Positions 1-9,664 of a stretch of 32,000 nt of DNA are shown here, one piece after another. Source of the DNA: Candidatus Scalindua sp. (lineage in GTDB: Bacteria > Planctomycetota > Brocadiia > Brocadiales > Scalinduaceae). Positions within the stretch are counted from its first letter, which is position 1, and each line of letters opens with the position of its first letter. The notes beneath the pieces are model-generated. The model made no database searches. It saw only the letters and a list, made by a program, of their open reading frames with translations, and was not told where the DNA came from. The DNA is taken from positions 1,890,001-1,922,000 of the forward strand of contig JALDRA010000001.1 of assembly GCA_031316235.1 (NCBI GenBank), read 5' to 3'. A program made the translations under genes and the position numbers.

Positions 1-1
1 G

Positions 2-589
2 CCGAAGGATCTGGCACCTGACTGGAGTGGTCAGCACATATGGAGTTTGAAGATTGGTGCGTACCATGATGGCCCCGAATACGGCGGAAAATCAGGTGAG
101 TCTGGTGAGTTCAGAATGTCGAACTGCTCAGACATTGAAAGGGTCTGTTTTGAGAGTGTTGGATACTGGATGACTTACATATTCAAAGGCATGGCACACG
201 GTTCATGGAACGATGCAACCTACTGTGACGGTTCCTTTGGTATGGACAGATGGCTTGTGAAGGCAAAGGCAGCTGCTGAGCAGGCGAGAAGGTTTACGGC
301 AATAGAGAAGAAGGTTGGAATCAACTGGGTGCCACAGGATTTCTGGAGGCATGGCGATTGGTTAGAACAGTTGTCTGGATGGAAGATAGTGAAGGAGTAT
401 CCTGGAAAGACAATATTCGATCTTTGTCCTGAGCCAGGCTGGCTTGATACACATCATGCACCAGCTGAGGAAGTGGAATACATAAACAGAAAGCTTAAAG
501 AGCTGGGTATGACTGCCGGTTCACACAGTGCGCATGAGCAGCATTCCGGTGACCATGATCCTAATGCAAGATCCATGAAAGCACATTAA
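2..589 (+). CDS. 3' end of a CDS entering from the left edge; product unknown, His-rich C-terminal tail
   Basis: The frame of the 47..589 ORF stays open back to nt 2 (PKDLAPDWSGQHIWS precedes the TTG at 47), so the gene is truncated by the window. The visible ~195 aa contain no CxxCH or other diagnostic motif. GAYHDGPEY and GMAHGSWND faintly recall multihaem-cytochrome C-terminal regions, but that is speculation. A strong terminator lies downstream. Confidence 0.55.
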   Translation, partial: PKDLAPDWSGQHIWSLKIGAYHDGPEYGGKSGESGEFRMSNCSDIERVCFESVGYWMTYIFKGMAHGSWNDATYCDGSFGMDRWLVKAKAAAEQARRFTAIEKKVGINWVPQDFWRHGDWLEQLSGWKIVKEYPGKTIFDLCPEPGWLDTHHAPAEEVEYINRKLKELGMTAGSHSAHEQHSGDHDPNARSMKAH

Positions 590-655
590 TATTTTTCATG
601 GTTTCTTGAGATGTTTAGGTAATGAGCAGTTCTGTTAGCAGTTTATAAGTAGACA

Positions 656-690
656 GGGGAGCCGGGTATATACCCGGCTCCCCTGTTTTG
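656..690 (+). terminator. Rho-independent terminator downstream of the left-edge CDS
   Basis: Perfect inverted repeat ggggagccgggta / tacccggctcccc (656-668 / 671-683), followed by tgttttgtatat. Confidence 0.65.
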
Positions 691-889
691 TATATACTGA
701 AACACTTAAACCAAAACCATCATTTTGGCCCATACATGTACGTTTTTGTTGACATGTTTTGAGAGTTAAAACAAAACCTCCTGGACCTGTCCCTGTACCA
801 TTCTCAACTACAAGTATCATTCTCATAACGTATTACATTTTTTCCTTTATCAATCCCTCTTATGGTACGCTAATTGTGAAAAACACTTC

Positions 890-1573
890 ATGAGACAAAA
901 GAAAATGGAAAATAATATAAACAGATGTATTCTGAATGGAAAATTTTCTCTCTGTCGGGAAGCCAGCCTGCATTACATCTCACAACTGCAGGAGTGTGTA
1001 AACCGGTTTAAGAGAGGGGAAACTGATGCAGCGGAATCTCTAGAAAAGTGCGGAAAAATTTTGAGTCAAATTACCGATCCAGAATTCCCCTTTTTCGCAG
1101 TGAGGCACTATAGAGAGCTTTTCTTATTTATTCTCTACCAGCTTCCAAAAGCATCATCACATGAAAAAGCTACGGCAAGCGAATCTCAAGAACCACTCAA
1201 TGGTAAATTAAGCAACATTTCTCGTATCAGGGAGAGAGAAAAGAGAAAATACCAAAGAGTCAAGCTGCCATTTCCGGTCATGTTCCGATTGAGAAAAAAA
1301 ATATTTCCTTCTTTCTGGAATATGGCAACAACCGAAGATTTAGGAACAATGGGTATGCTTTTCCATTATAAAAATGTCCTCAAAACAGACTCACTTCTTG
1401 ACTTAAAAATAGGTATTTCTCAAACCACACGAACCATAAATTGTATCGGGAAAATAATACGAACGATCAACCACCCAGATACTACCCGGCCCGGTATGGC
1501 AATTCAATTTGTTTACATTGGTGAAAGTGAAAGAATAACGCTCAATCAGCTTATTACGAAACATTCTCCATAG
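890..1573 (+). CDS. PilZ-domain protein (putative c-di-GMP receptor) with an unknown helical N-terminal domain
   Basis: The C-terminal ~110 aa carry RxxxR (R119-K-Y-Q-R123), then D150-L-G-T-M-G155, which is the canonical D/NxSxxG with S replaced by G. This is followed by a beta-rich tail (GMAIQFVYIGESE). An alternative ATG start lies at 905. Confidence 0.6.
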   Translation: MRQKKMENNINRCILNGKFSLCREASLHYISQLQECVNRFKRGETDAAESLEKCGKILSQITDPEFPFFAVRHYRELFLFILYQLPKASSHEKATASESQEPLNGKLSNISRIREREKRKYQRVKLPFPVMFRLRKKIFPSFWNMATTEDLGTMGMLFHYKNVLKTDSLLDLKIGISQTTRTINCIGKIIRTINHPDTTRPGMAIQFVYIGESERITLNQLITKHSP

Positions 1574-1615
1574 CAAACCTTAGCCATGAAATAAACACGG
1601 AATAGACATTTCCCC

Positions 1616-2497
1616 TTATTTAACAACATCCTCAGCGATTATCCATATTCCATAAATCTGAAGAAATCTCCCTTCCACTCCAGAACGAGCCTCGATTAAT
1701 GACCGCGCACTGTCAGCATATTGGAAACGCTCGCTGGTTCTTTGCTTTATCCATGCACCTGAAGACGATGAGAATTCCAGGCAGAAGTTAAAAATTTCGA
1801 TGTTTGCCTTGTCAGCATAATATCGCAAATGAGAACCTGCAACTTCATCCGTACTTAATATATCATCTATATATGAAACTTTTAATCGATAAAAACGTTT
1901 TGTCCCTGTAATCGGTGAAAGAAAATGGGGAGCCAAACCACCAGGTATCATTTTGCTGACTGGTGAATAAGTGGTGCTTGATGTGGCAAAAATATAGTCT
2001 CCCGGGAGGGGGAAAACCTGAAAAGTCTGAGTCCTTGCAGCATCATTCCCATTTACCATTTTTGCTTTTATATTACCATTTACTTCTAATTTTGAGTCAG
2101 GACTCATTGTCCCGACACCAATGTTTCCTTCATTCAAATTATAAATGGAGGTATTATTTGTACCCCATTTACCCTCTCCGCTGCTGGTTGTTGCGGTGGT
2201 CTGCATTGTCCCGTCAGGAAACATAATTCCGTCAACTCCCGGCTTACCGCCAATGTGCAATCTAGCCTGGGGCTCTCTCGTTCCAATTCCCACATTCCCG
2301 CCAAAAAGCGCATTGCCATCAATATTTTCACCACTCTTACTTTCCATATCATCATCACTTGCAAAACTTCTGTTAAAACCGGAAGCGGCGGTAAAACTGC
2401 CTTCTTCTGAAAAAACGACCTTTTGGAAACAACAAAATTCAAAAATCGCCAAAAAAGATACTGCTGCGAAAAACAACCTGCCTGACATAGTTTCCAT
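1616..2497 (-). CDS. Secreted protein with tail-fibre-like GNxGxGT repeats
   Basis: There is an N-terminal hydrophobic signal-like segment (RLFFAAVSFLAIFEF). Two copies of GN[VI]G[IV]GTxxPxx[RK]Lx[IV]xG occur at aa 67-84 and 124-141, plus IMFPDGTMQTTA. This motif pair is common in phage tail-fibre-like repeat proteins. The C-terminal ~150 aa are unassigned. Confidence 0.7.
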   Translation of the reverse strand: METMSGRLFFAAVSFLAIFEFCCFQKVVFSEEGSFTAASGFNRSFASDDDMESKSGENIDGNALFGGNVGIGTREPQARLHIGGKPGVDGIMFPDGTMQTTATTSSGEGKWGTNNTSIYNLNEGNIGVGTMSPDSKLEVNGNIKAKMVNGNDAARTQTFQVFPLPGDYIFATSSTTYSPVSKMIPGGLAPHFLSPITGTKRFYRLKVSYIDDILSTDEVAGSHLRYYADKANIEIFNFCLEFSSSSGAWIKQRTSERFQYADSARSLIEARSGVEGRFLQIYGIWIIAEDVVK

Positions 2498-2993
2498 CCA
2501 AATTATCTCCTTTCAATTCTTAAATGCAGTAAAGCAAGATTTATTTTCAAAGTTTTTGCAGGAAGATGCGATAATACTATCGTTCATTTATTTCCCTCCA
2601 ACTCCCTGAGGGAGGAAAGAGGACGATCCGGCCTCCCCTTCTTTTCGTAAAAAAGAGGGGGAGGTGCAGATTGCAGGTTCGAGTTTAGAACACTATCTTT
2701 TCTACTTTCCAATAATATAACTTAAAGATAAAGGCGGTGCGCTATGGAAACCAACAGGTTCTCACGGAACATATTAACCATTGATCATTTTGATACGGAT
2801 TCAACTGAAAATCAAGAAAATATATTTCAACAGATCCTAGAAGAACAATATTACCTGCTCATGTCATTAGCCCTGGCAACCCAAGAAATACCTGGCATTG
2901 AAGATTCGTGTACATTTAGAAAATACAACAATTTTAATTAAACAGACCCTTACACCTTATAAAACCTGACAACAGCTCTATTGGAGAACTGAT

Positions 2994-3971
2994 GTGAACA
3001 GTAAAGCAAAGGCACTTCTGAAAAATAATCAAGAGCTTCTAATCGTATTTCTCTTAGTAGTTATTACTGGATTAATCTATTTTCTTTCAAACAATCACTA
3101 CTTTCTCGCTACAAATCAAAGGGCGCTCCTTGATTTTTTCTACCTACCCATCCTCTTAGGAGCCTATTTCTTTGGGAAGAAACACGCAACATATTCTGCG
3201 TTTTTGTCAGTACTTATGGTGTTTTCCATGGCATATTTTATCGAAAACAACTTTTTAAATAAAGATTTTACGAACAGCACGCTATCAAAATGGACAGAAA
3301 TTACCACGTGGGGTTGTTTTCTTATATTAACCGGCTATACGATGGGTACCCTTTATGAAAAGAAAGAAACCTACTATAAGGAGCTGGGTTCCACGTATCA
3401 GGGAATCGTCACAATGCTTTCCCTTTTAATAGATTCTGTGGACAAATACACACAAAATCACTCCTATCGTGTCTCGAAATACGCAGAGCAGATAGCAAAG
3501 GATATCGGTCTGACTACTTTAGAGATTGAGGATATAAGGATAGCGGCGCTTCTTCATGACCTTGGAAAGATTGGTGTTAGTGTAGAAATTCTCAATAAGT
3601 TAGGGTCACTTTCTTCTGAAGAAAAAATGGAGATGAACAGCCACACTCAAAAGGCTTCGGACCTATTAGAACCGGTACAAGGCAGAGTACTCAAGATACT
3701 TCCTTTGATAGTGAACCACCATGAAAAGTATGATGGAAATGGATACAATACCTTAATAGGGGATTCTATTCCGATGGGTGCGAAAATAATTGCTATAGCA
3801 GATGTATATGATGCATTGACTACTGACAGGCCTTATAGAAAGGCCCTTTCACCCTTAGAGGGAAAGAAGGAGATACTCAGAGGTGCCGGCACTGACTTTG
3901 ACCCTGAAATTGTGAAACATTTTGAGCATATCTTTCCAAAACTAAATGTAGAGGAACCATTGATTAATTAA
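2994..3971 (+). CDS. Membrane-anchored HD-GYP domain protein (putative c-di-GMP phosphodiesterase)
   Basis: GTG start. The N-terminal ~130 aa are hydrophobic (several TM helices). HD-GYP motifs follow: HSYRVSKYA, AALLHDLGKIG and HHEKYDGNGYN (GYN instead of GYP). Confidence 0.85.
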   Translation: MNSKAKALLKNNQELLIVFLLVVITGLIYFLSNNHYFLATNQRALLDFFYLPILLGAYFFGKKHATYSAFLSVLMVFSMAYFIENNFLNKDFTNSTLSKWTEITTWGCFLILTGYTMGTLYEKKETYYKELGSTYQGIVTMLSLLIDSVDKYTQNHSYRVSKYAEQIAKDIGLTTLEIEDIRIAALLHDLGKIGVSVEILNKLGSLSSEEKMEMNSHTQKASDLLEPVQGRVLKILPLIVNHHEKYDGNGYNTLIGDSIPMGAKIIAIADVYDALTTDRPYRKALSPLEGKKEILRGAGTDFDPEIVKHFEHIFPKLNVEEPLIN

Positions 3972-4042
3972 ATATTTGCAACAAATCAGCCGACTATCCG
4001 GTCCAGTCACCTTTGTTCATGAGCTGAGTCCAAGGATAAAAT

Positions 4043-4513
4043 TTATTTCCGTAATGTAGCTATTAACCGTTTGGGATTTAAAAGCAATTCCAATGCTTCC
4101 CTGGCAGATGTACTTACTATATCCGCACATAATAACGTTGTAACACATGCACCCTCCGCCTGAATCAAACAGATACCAAGAGCCGCTTCCTTTAGCATCA
4201 ATCTATCGTTACGGCCATTTCCAACACAGACGGTAGTCATAGCTCCCAATTTCTCGACGAAAGCCCGCTTGCATTCATCCTGATTCTCCTGCGGAAGTAT
4301 TGACAGACAAACGGGTAACCCTGATACAGAATTTCTCGCTGTTCCAAAAGTGTCAGCTGTTACAATATGAATCTTCATAATTCTTGAAAGTCTTCGGACC
4401 AAAGGAATGACTTCAGACAGTATCGTTCCATCACATGCCAAAGTACCATTATAATCGCAGACAAGGTGTCCGAGAGCCATCTTTCTGAAACCCGGGATGT
4501 CAATTTCTATCAT
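4043..4513 (-). CDS. HAD-superfamily protein, soluble P-type-ATPase-like (COG4087 type)
   Basis: Motifs LVCDYNGTLA, HIVTADTFGTA and VGNGRNDRLMLKEA. I chose the ATG at 4513 (GGAG about 10 nt upstream). The ORF-track start at 4663 adds 50 implausible residues. Confidence 0.7.
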   Translation of the reverse strand: MIEIDIPGFRKMALGHLVCDYNGTLACDGTILSEVIPLVRRLSRIMKIHIVTADTFGTARNSVSGLPVCLSILPQENQDECKRAFVEKLGAMTTVCVGNGRNDRLMLKEAALGICLIQAEGACVTTLLCADIVSTSAREALELLLNPKRLIATLRK

Positions 4514-4681
4514 ATTCTGTACTCCAATAAGGTTTTCGAAAAGTAGTATGGAATATACAGGGAGAAAAAAATTTTTGAAAAGATCATAATCGTATTCCGA
4601 TCTTCGTACTGTGATACCGCAACAAGGACTGTTTAAAAATAGGAAGAGGAGTGACACATGCACCAGTAACTGATGGTGAAT

Positions 4682-6481
4682 TTACCGACCAGCTATCTCC
4701 CTCCCGGTGCCGGCCTCACCTGTCTGAAGTTTCCAGAGTGCGGCATACTTCCCATTATCCAAGGCTATTAAGTCTTCATGGACACCCTGTTCTGCTATCC
4801 TTCCGTTTTCAAGGAGATAAATTCGGTCTACGTTTCGTATTGTGGAGAGCCTGTGTGCAATAATTATGGTAGTCCTGCCATTCATTAGTTTTTCGAGCGA
4901 TCGCTGTATTGCCCCCTCCGTCTCATTATCAACAGAGGATGTTGCCTCATCAAATATCAGGATTGAAGGATTTTTCAACACCACCCTTGCTATTGATACT
5001 CTCTGTCGTTGTCCTCCTGATAATTGTTGCCCTCGTTCTCCCACACGCGTATCGTACCCGTCCTGCAGGCTGCAGGAAAATTCATGTACCTCTGCTAACT
5101 TTGCTGCATCAATAATTTGGTTCAACGGGGTATCCGGTTTTCCATATGCGATATTCTCTCTTATGGTTCCGTCGGTAAGAAATGTGTCTTGACTTACCAA
5201 TCCGATTCCGGACCGCAAATCTTTGAGATTTAACTCCTTAATATCTATACCATCAAGAATGATTTTCCCCTCCTGGGTATCATAGAACCTCAGGAGTAAT
5301 TTAATCAAGGTGGATTTTCCGGCACCCGTTGTCCCGACAAATGCAATAGTTTGTCCAGCATGTATCCGAACACTGAAGTCTTTAAGAATCAGAGATCTCC
5401 CTTTATAACCAAAGGAAATATTATCAAAAAAAATTTCTCCCTTAATCTTACCGGCCTCGAGCCTTTTTTTACCCGATACAATTCTTCTTGGAGTGTCCAA
5501 TAGGTCCAGTACACGTGCCGTTGAGGCCATTACACGCTGGTAGTGGTCAAAAGTCTCTCCTAATCGCGTCAGGGGCCATAACAGCCGCTGAATCAAGAAG
5601 ACGACGACGCTGTATGCGGCAACCTCCAGGCGCCCTTCTAATGTTTGAATCCCCCCAACGATTAACATAGAGATAAAGGCTGCAACTATTACCATACGGA
5701 TGAGCGGGGAAAACGCCGAACTAAGAGTAATTGCATGTCTGTTTGCTTCTTGATATTTTATTGAAGAATCCTTAATCCTTTCTGATTCATACTGCTCATT
5801 TGTGTAACTTTTAATCACCGCAATCCCCGTAAGATTATTGGCAAGCTGTCCGTTTAGTACTCCCACCTTTTCACGCATGTCTGCATAGCGAGGTTCCAAT
5901 TTTTTCTGATATTTTAGAGAAAAAATAAGGATTACGGGAATAGGAATCATTGCAAAAAGGCCAACCTGAGGAGAAAGAAGAAAGAATGAGGTACTAATTA
6001 CAACAACGGTCGTAATAACTTGAATGATGTCATTGGCACCGGTATCAAGAAACCGTTCAAGTTGATTGATGTCGTCATTGAGTACGGCCATCAAACAACC
6101 CGTATGCCTCTCTTCAAAATATTCCAGTTCCAGCTCCTGAATATGATTGTAGGCATCAAGTCTCAGATGATGCTGTACTGTCTGGGCAAGATTACGCCAA
6201 TAAATTTTGTATCGATATTCAAAAAAGGATTCAGAAGCCCAGATGATAAATGTAATGGCACTTAAGAGATATAATTGTGTTCTCAGATTTTCAATCCCCA
6301 CTAAACCGAAGATTGAACCTTCCCGCCTTACTACAATGTCCACTGCCGCTCCTATGAGAACAGGAGGTGCAAGATCAAAAAGTTTATTGAGAATAGAAAA
6401 TATTGTAGCAATCCAGATTTTTCTCTTGTACGGCCTTGCGTACTGGATCAGTCTCTGTAAGGGCGCAGATTTTCTCTCCAT
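4682..6481 (-). CDS. ABC exporter, fused permease/ATPase (MsbA/MdlB-like)
   Basis: A six-TM exporter domain is followed by an NBD with Walker A GTTGAGKST, signature LSGGQRQR, Walker B ILIFDEATS and H-loop IAHRL. The start at the MERKSAPLQRL ATG (6481) avoids overlap with the upstream gene. The alternative start is 6553. Confidence 0.9.
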   Translation of the reverse strand: MERKSAPLQRLIQYARPYKRKIWIATIFSILNKLFDLAPPVLIGAAVDIVVRREGSIFGLVGIENLRTQLYLLSAITFIIWASESFFEYRYKIYWRNLAQTVQHHLRLDAYNHIQELELEYFEERHTGCLMAVLNDDINQLERFLDTGANDIIQVITTVVVISTSFFLLSPQVGLFAMIPIPVILIFSLKYQKKLEPRYADMREKVGVLNGQLANNLTGIAVIKSYTNEQYESERIKDSSIKYQEANRHAITLSSAFSPLIRMVIVAAFISMLIVGGIQTLEGRLEVAAYSVVVFLIQRLLWPLTRLGETFDHYQRVMASTARVLDLLDTPRRIVSGKKRLEAGKIKGEIFFDNISFGYKGRSLILKDFSVRIHAGQTIAFVGTTGAGKSTLIKLLLRFYDTQEGKIILDGIDIKELNLKDLRSGIGLVSQDTFLTDGTIRENIAYGKPDTPLNQIIDAAKLAEVHEFSCSLQDGYDTRVGERGQQLSGGQRQRVSIARVVLKNPSILIFDEATSSVDNETEGAIQRSLEKLMNGRTTIIIAHRLSTIRNVDRIYLLENGRIAEQGVHEDLIALDNGKYAALWKLQTGEAGTGREIAGR

Positions 6482-6491
6482 GAATGGTATC

Positions 6492-7274
6492 TCATTTTCC
6501 ACCTTTATCCGAGAGACTGGATTCCGTAATCTCAAAGATATACCCATAACCAATCTTTGATCTCATAGTAATCTCTCCAATACAATAAAAATATTTGCCA
6601 GGCTCAAGATCAACGTGGCGCAAACCAACATCATTCGAAATTTTCATGTATTTATCATCCATGTCATCGAATTTCCACACCCTCGGTTTGTATTCTATGC
6701 TGCCAATAAGATCCTCCACCTTGATCTTGTAAAGCTTTTTGCCTACCACGAGAGGATTATCCTTTGAATAATCAAGCAACATCATCTTCACCCTGCCTTC
6801 TTCGAACGATTCCTTCGGACAAACGATTTTTGTAGTTTTTCCCTTTACGAAAAAACTAATCTCTTTATCTGTTCGTTCGGAAAAAAACTCTCCATATTCA
6901 ATGCCCTTATAATCATCCCTTCTTACCACAAACATCCCTCCGGACTCGGGCAGCTTCCAGAGATTCAGTTTTTGCATCGGTATTTCAGATGCTTCATGAA
7001 TGTTAAAGGAGAACTTTCGAATTGAGTATCCCTCTTTCTTAAAAGAGATCTCGATTTGTCCAGGAGTGTACCGTATCTCGTATTGACCGTTTTCATCACT
7101 CTTTGTCGTCTCCTTTGTCTTCATTATCGTGATGACAACATCCTTGAGCTCATTCTCAAAGCCGTCTACTACCTGCCCCTTCAGGGTCCCCTGTATGGAA
7201 AAAGCTGTCTGGCTAAACGTGGCCAGAGAGGCAATAATAAAAAACAAAACAATAAATGATTTTTCATACTTCAT
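6492..7274 (-). CDS. Secreted protein with an N-terminal carboxypeptidase-regulatory-like beta-sandwich domain
   Basis: Signal peptide MKYEKSFIVLFFIIASLATFSQTAFS. GTLKGQVVD...SDENGQYEI resembles a CarboxypepD_reg-type domain. Start taken at ATG 7274. Confidence 0.65.
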   Translation of the reverse strand: MKYEKSFIVLFFIIASLATFSQTAFSIQGTLKGQVVDGFENELKDVVITIMKTKETTKSDENGQYEIRYTPGQIEISFKKEGYSIRKFSFNIHEASEIPMQKLNLWKLPESGGMFVVRRDDYKGIEYGEFFSERTDKEISFFVKGKTTKIVCPKESFEEGRVKMMLLDYSKDNPLVVGKKLYKIKVEDLIGSIEYKPRVWKFDDMDDKYMKISNDVGLRHVDLEPGKYFYCIGEITMRSKIGYGYIFEITESSLSDKGGK

Positions 7275-7442
7275 AAGTGCTGCTCCTTGTTCGATCATAT
7301 AATTTTATAAAGGTTCCTCTTGAAATGTTTTTCGACTTCCATGCACACATACAGATACCGCATAGCGATTTCTATTGTACCATACAGGTACGGCCAATCA
7401 AAGTATTCGACAGCGGCCAGCCGCAGGGTTTCTGTTCCAGCA

Positions 7443-7823
7443 CTATATAATGAGCTTTTTTATGACCCGAATTGCCAGAAGGAGAATATGGTCATCATTA
7501 TTCTTAATCATCTCAATGCATGACTCATCGTTTACCCTCTCCTTTACAATTTTCTCAAATTCATCCTTTATAGCACTATCAGCTTCCTTATTCTTCATTT
7601 TGTCTAGTATGCCGCATACCATTGATATTTCAGAATCCTCTAAAGAATTTCTCAATTTCGAAATGAGAATCTGTAAATTATCTTCTGCAACAGTCCCCAT
7701 TCTTTTTGCAAGATTCCTATCAACCAATTTCCGATTGATCATCTCGTCTACTTCATGAAGTTTATCAAGATGAATGGTTGCCTCTTTCTCCCATGATTCA
7801 AGTTGCTCAATTGATAGAGCCAT
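7443..7823 (-). CDS. Hypothetical small acidic, predicted helical protein
   Basis: 126-aa ORF whose ATG overlaps the stop of the upstream nnrD-like gene by 1 nt (TAATG), which suggests translational coupling. No family recognised. Confidence 0.5.
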   Translation of the reverse strand: MALSIEQLESWEKEATIHLDKLHEVDEMINRKLVDRNLAKRMGTVAEDNLQILISKLRNSLEDSEISMVCGILDKMKNKEADSAIKDEFEKIVKERVNDESCIEMIKNNDDHILLLAIRVIKKLII

Positions 7824-8719
7824 TATTTTTTCTCCCTTTTATAGTGCAAAAACGCATCTGGTAAATAATTCAGTATATCTGATGCAATCATTGATATCTC
7901 TCCTTTATTATTCGATGCGATGTCCCCCGCCAGCCCATGGAGATAAACTCCCAGCTGTGCAGCATCAAATACGTCCATTCCCTGCCCAATCAGGGATACG
8001 ATAATACCGGAAAGTACGTCCCCTGCACCAGCCGTTGCCATCCCTGGATTACCGGTATGATTTACGCAGATCTTATCGGGACCTGCAACTATTGTTTGAT
8101 TTCCCTTCATTACCAGAGTAACACTTTTTCCATTTTCTAATGTACTGTTCATGGATTCAACGAACCGAGCAGCTACTTGAAGCCTGTCTTTTTGAACATC
8201 TTTTGTGGAATCAAGATGCAGCAGACGTGACATTTCTCCAGGATGAGGGGTAAGGACCACATTTTTTTTTATCTTTTTTAACGTATCGATGCTCCCCGCA
8301 AGCGCGTTAATACCATCTGCGTCAATTACCATGGTTCGATCTATAGAGGCTATTAACCACAGGATCAGGTCCCTTGTCTCAGGATCCTGTGAAAGGCCAG
8401 GGCCCAAAGCTACGACATCACTCGCTTTACAAAGCTTCAGGATTTTTTCTCTCCCCTTATAGGATAAAGTAGATGCCTTCGTTTCCGGCAATGGATGCGT
8501 CATCACACAGGTCAGTTTCACTTCCATTATCGGATTGAGGCTTTTTGGTATCCCGAGAGTAACCAAACCGGAACCACTTCTCAATGCAGCTTTACTGCAG
8601 AGATATGCAGCTCCGGTCATGCCGGGAGAACCTGCGAGCACAAATACCCGTCCAAAATCTCCTTTGTGGGTATCTGCGCCTCTGGATTGTAATTTAGGAA
8701 GACTTCTGGCTCTACGCAT
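7823..8719 (-). CDS. nnrD: ADP-dependent NAD(P)H-hydrate dehydratase (YjeF C-terminal domain type)
   Basis: Motifs HKGDFGRVFVLAGSPGMTGAAYL, VIDADGINAL, VLTPHPGEMSRL and GNPGMATAGAGDVLSG. Start taken at the internal ATG 8719. No YjeF_N epimerase domain is present. Confidence 0.85.
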   Translation of the reverse strand: MRRARSLPKLQSRGADTHKGDFGRVFVLAGSPGMTGAAYLCSKAALRSGSGLVTLGIPKSLNPIMEVKLTCVMTHPLPETKASTLSYKGREKILKLCKASDVVALGPGLSQDPETRDLILWLIASIDRTMVIDADGINALAGSIDTLKKIKKNVVLTPHPGEMSRLLHLDSTKDVQKDRLQVAARFVESMNSTLENGKSVTLVMKGNQTIVAGPDKICVNHTGNPGMATAGAGDVLSGIIVSLIGQGMDVFDAAQLGVYLHGLAGDIASNNKGEISMIASDILNYLPDAFLHYKREKK

Positions 8720-8794
8720 GAATACTTTAACAAAACACCGGAAAATTCTCAAAAATGGGTAAAAACGTATCACGCATTTATGTGGTATGTGACA

Positions 8795-9544
8795 CTATTT
8801 TGTTCTATTGATAAGAGAAGCCACGGAAGCGGCCCCGAACCCGTTGTCAATATTAACAACGGTAACATTTGAGGCACAGCTGTTCAGCATGGCTAATAAT
8901 GCAGAAACACCCCCGAAGCTCACACCGTATCCAATACTGGTAGGTACTCCGATGACGGGTTTATCTACCATTCCCCCTACAACGCTGGCAAGTGCTCCTT
9001 CCATACCCGCAACAACAATAATTACTCTGGCTTTTGAAAGATCATTTTTGTTTTTCAGGAGACGATGAATACCTGCAACCCCGACATCGCAGAGGACTTT
9101 CACATTGTTTCCCATTATTTCTGCTGTTTCTCTTGCCTCTTCAGCTACAGGAATATCAGAGGTTCCCGCAGTGACAATCAAGATCGACCCCACTTTTTTC
9201 TGTAACTCTGAATTTTTAAGAACGATTGTTCTGGCAAGCTCATTATACCTGGCATTCTTGAGCTTTGCAAAAACAGTCTTATATATTTCCCTATTGGCCC
9301 GAGTGGCGAGTAAATTAGCACCGCTTTTTACAATTTGCTCTGCAATGTTTGAGACCTGCTCTGGTGTTTTACCTTCACACAATATGACCTCTGGAAATCC
9401 GCACCGTATTGACCGGTGGGTATCAACTTTAGCGAAACCCAGCTCTTTATACGGTAAGTCCTTAAAGTCTCGTACCGCCTTGTCAATAGTCAAATCACCA
9501 TCTTTTACTTTCTGTAAAATCTTTTTTATATGGTTTTCATCCAT
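8795..9544 (-). CDS. larB: LarB-like nickel-pincer cofactor biosynthesis protein (AIR-carboxylase/PurE-fold, COG1691)
   Basis: Motifs FAKVDTHRSIRCGFPEVILCEGKT, VTAGTSDIPVAEEA, VAGMEGALASVVGG and NIDNGFGAA. Confidence 0.8.
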   Translation of the reverse strand: MDENHIKKILQKVKDGDLTIDKAVRDFKDLPYKELGFAKVDTHRSIRCGFPEVILCEGKTPEQVSNIAEQIVKSGANLLATRANREIYKTVFAKLKNARYNELARTIVLKNSELQKKVGSILIVTAGTSDIPVAEEARETAEIMGNNVKVLCDVGVAGIHRLLKNKNDLSKARVIIVVAGMEGALASVVGGMVDKPVIGVPTSIGYGVSFGGVSALLAMLNSCASNVTVVNIDNGFGAASVASLINRTK

Positions 9545-9664
9545 GGGGATCTTTAAAAATATACTTTTTCAAATCAATATTGTATAAATAACAGGTGAGT
9601 ATCTCGATTGTAATTCATAAAGCCAGAATTGAAAAATACGTATTCCAGAGCCGGCGGGTCCTGT

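Noticed and set aside
1963-2609. ORF-track entries 1963..2226(+), 2134..2442(-) and 2145..2609(+) overlapping the 1616..2497 gene
   Set aside because: They are antisense or out of frame relative to a longer ORF that has a signal peptide and recognisable repeats. Their sequences are low-complexity and Pro/Leu/Ser-rich, typical of shadow ORFs. The same reasoning applies to the other short ORFs nested in larger genes, including 4842..5192, 6207..6560, 8808..9068, 9105..9587, 11504..11839, 13261..13629, 23609..24022 and 27614..27913.
2600-2625. gaggaaag... string reminiscent of the RNase P RNA conserved GAGGAAAGTCCGGGC
   Set aside because: The match stops after 8 nt (gaggaaagaggacgatccgg). The intergenic region is too short (~250 nt) and lacks the other conserved RNase P regions.
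2744-2941. 65-aa ORF upstream of the HD-GYP gene
   Set aside because: It has no clear Shine-Dalgarno and no recognisable motif. It lies in a divergent promoter region. It cannot be supported without conservation or expression data.
4514-4663. N-terminal 50-aa extension of the HAD gene (ORF-track start 4663)
   Set aside because: The extension (MHVSLLFLFLNSPCCGITVRRSEYDYD...) does not look like part of a COG4087-type protein. The internal ATG at 4513 has a GGAG Shine-Dalgarno and gives the usual ~156 aa length.
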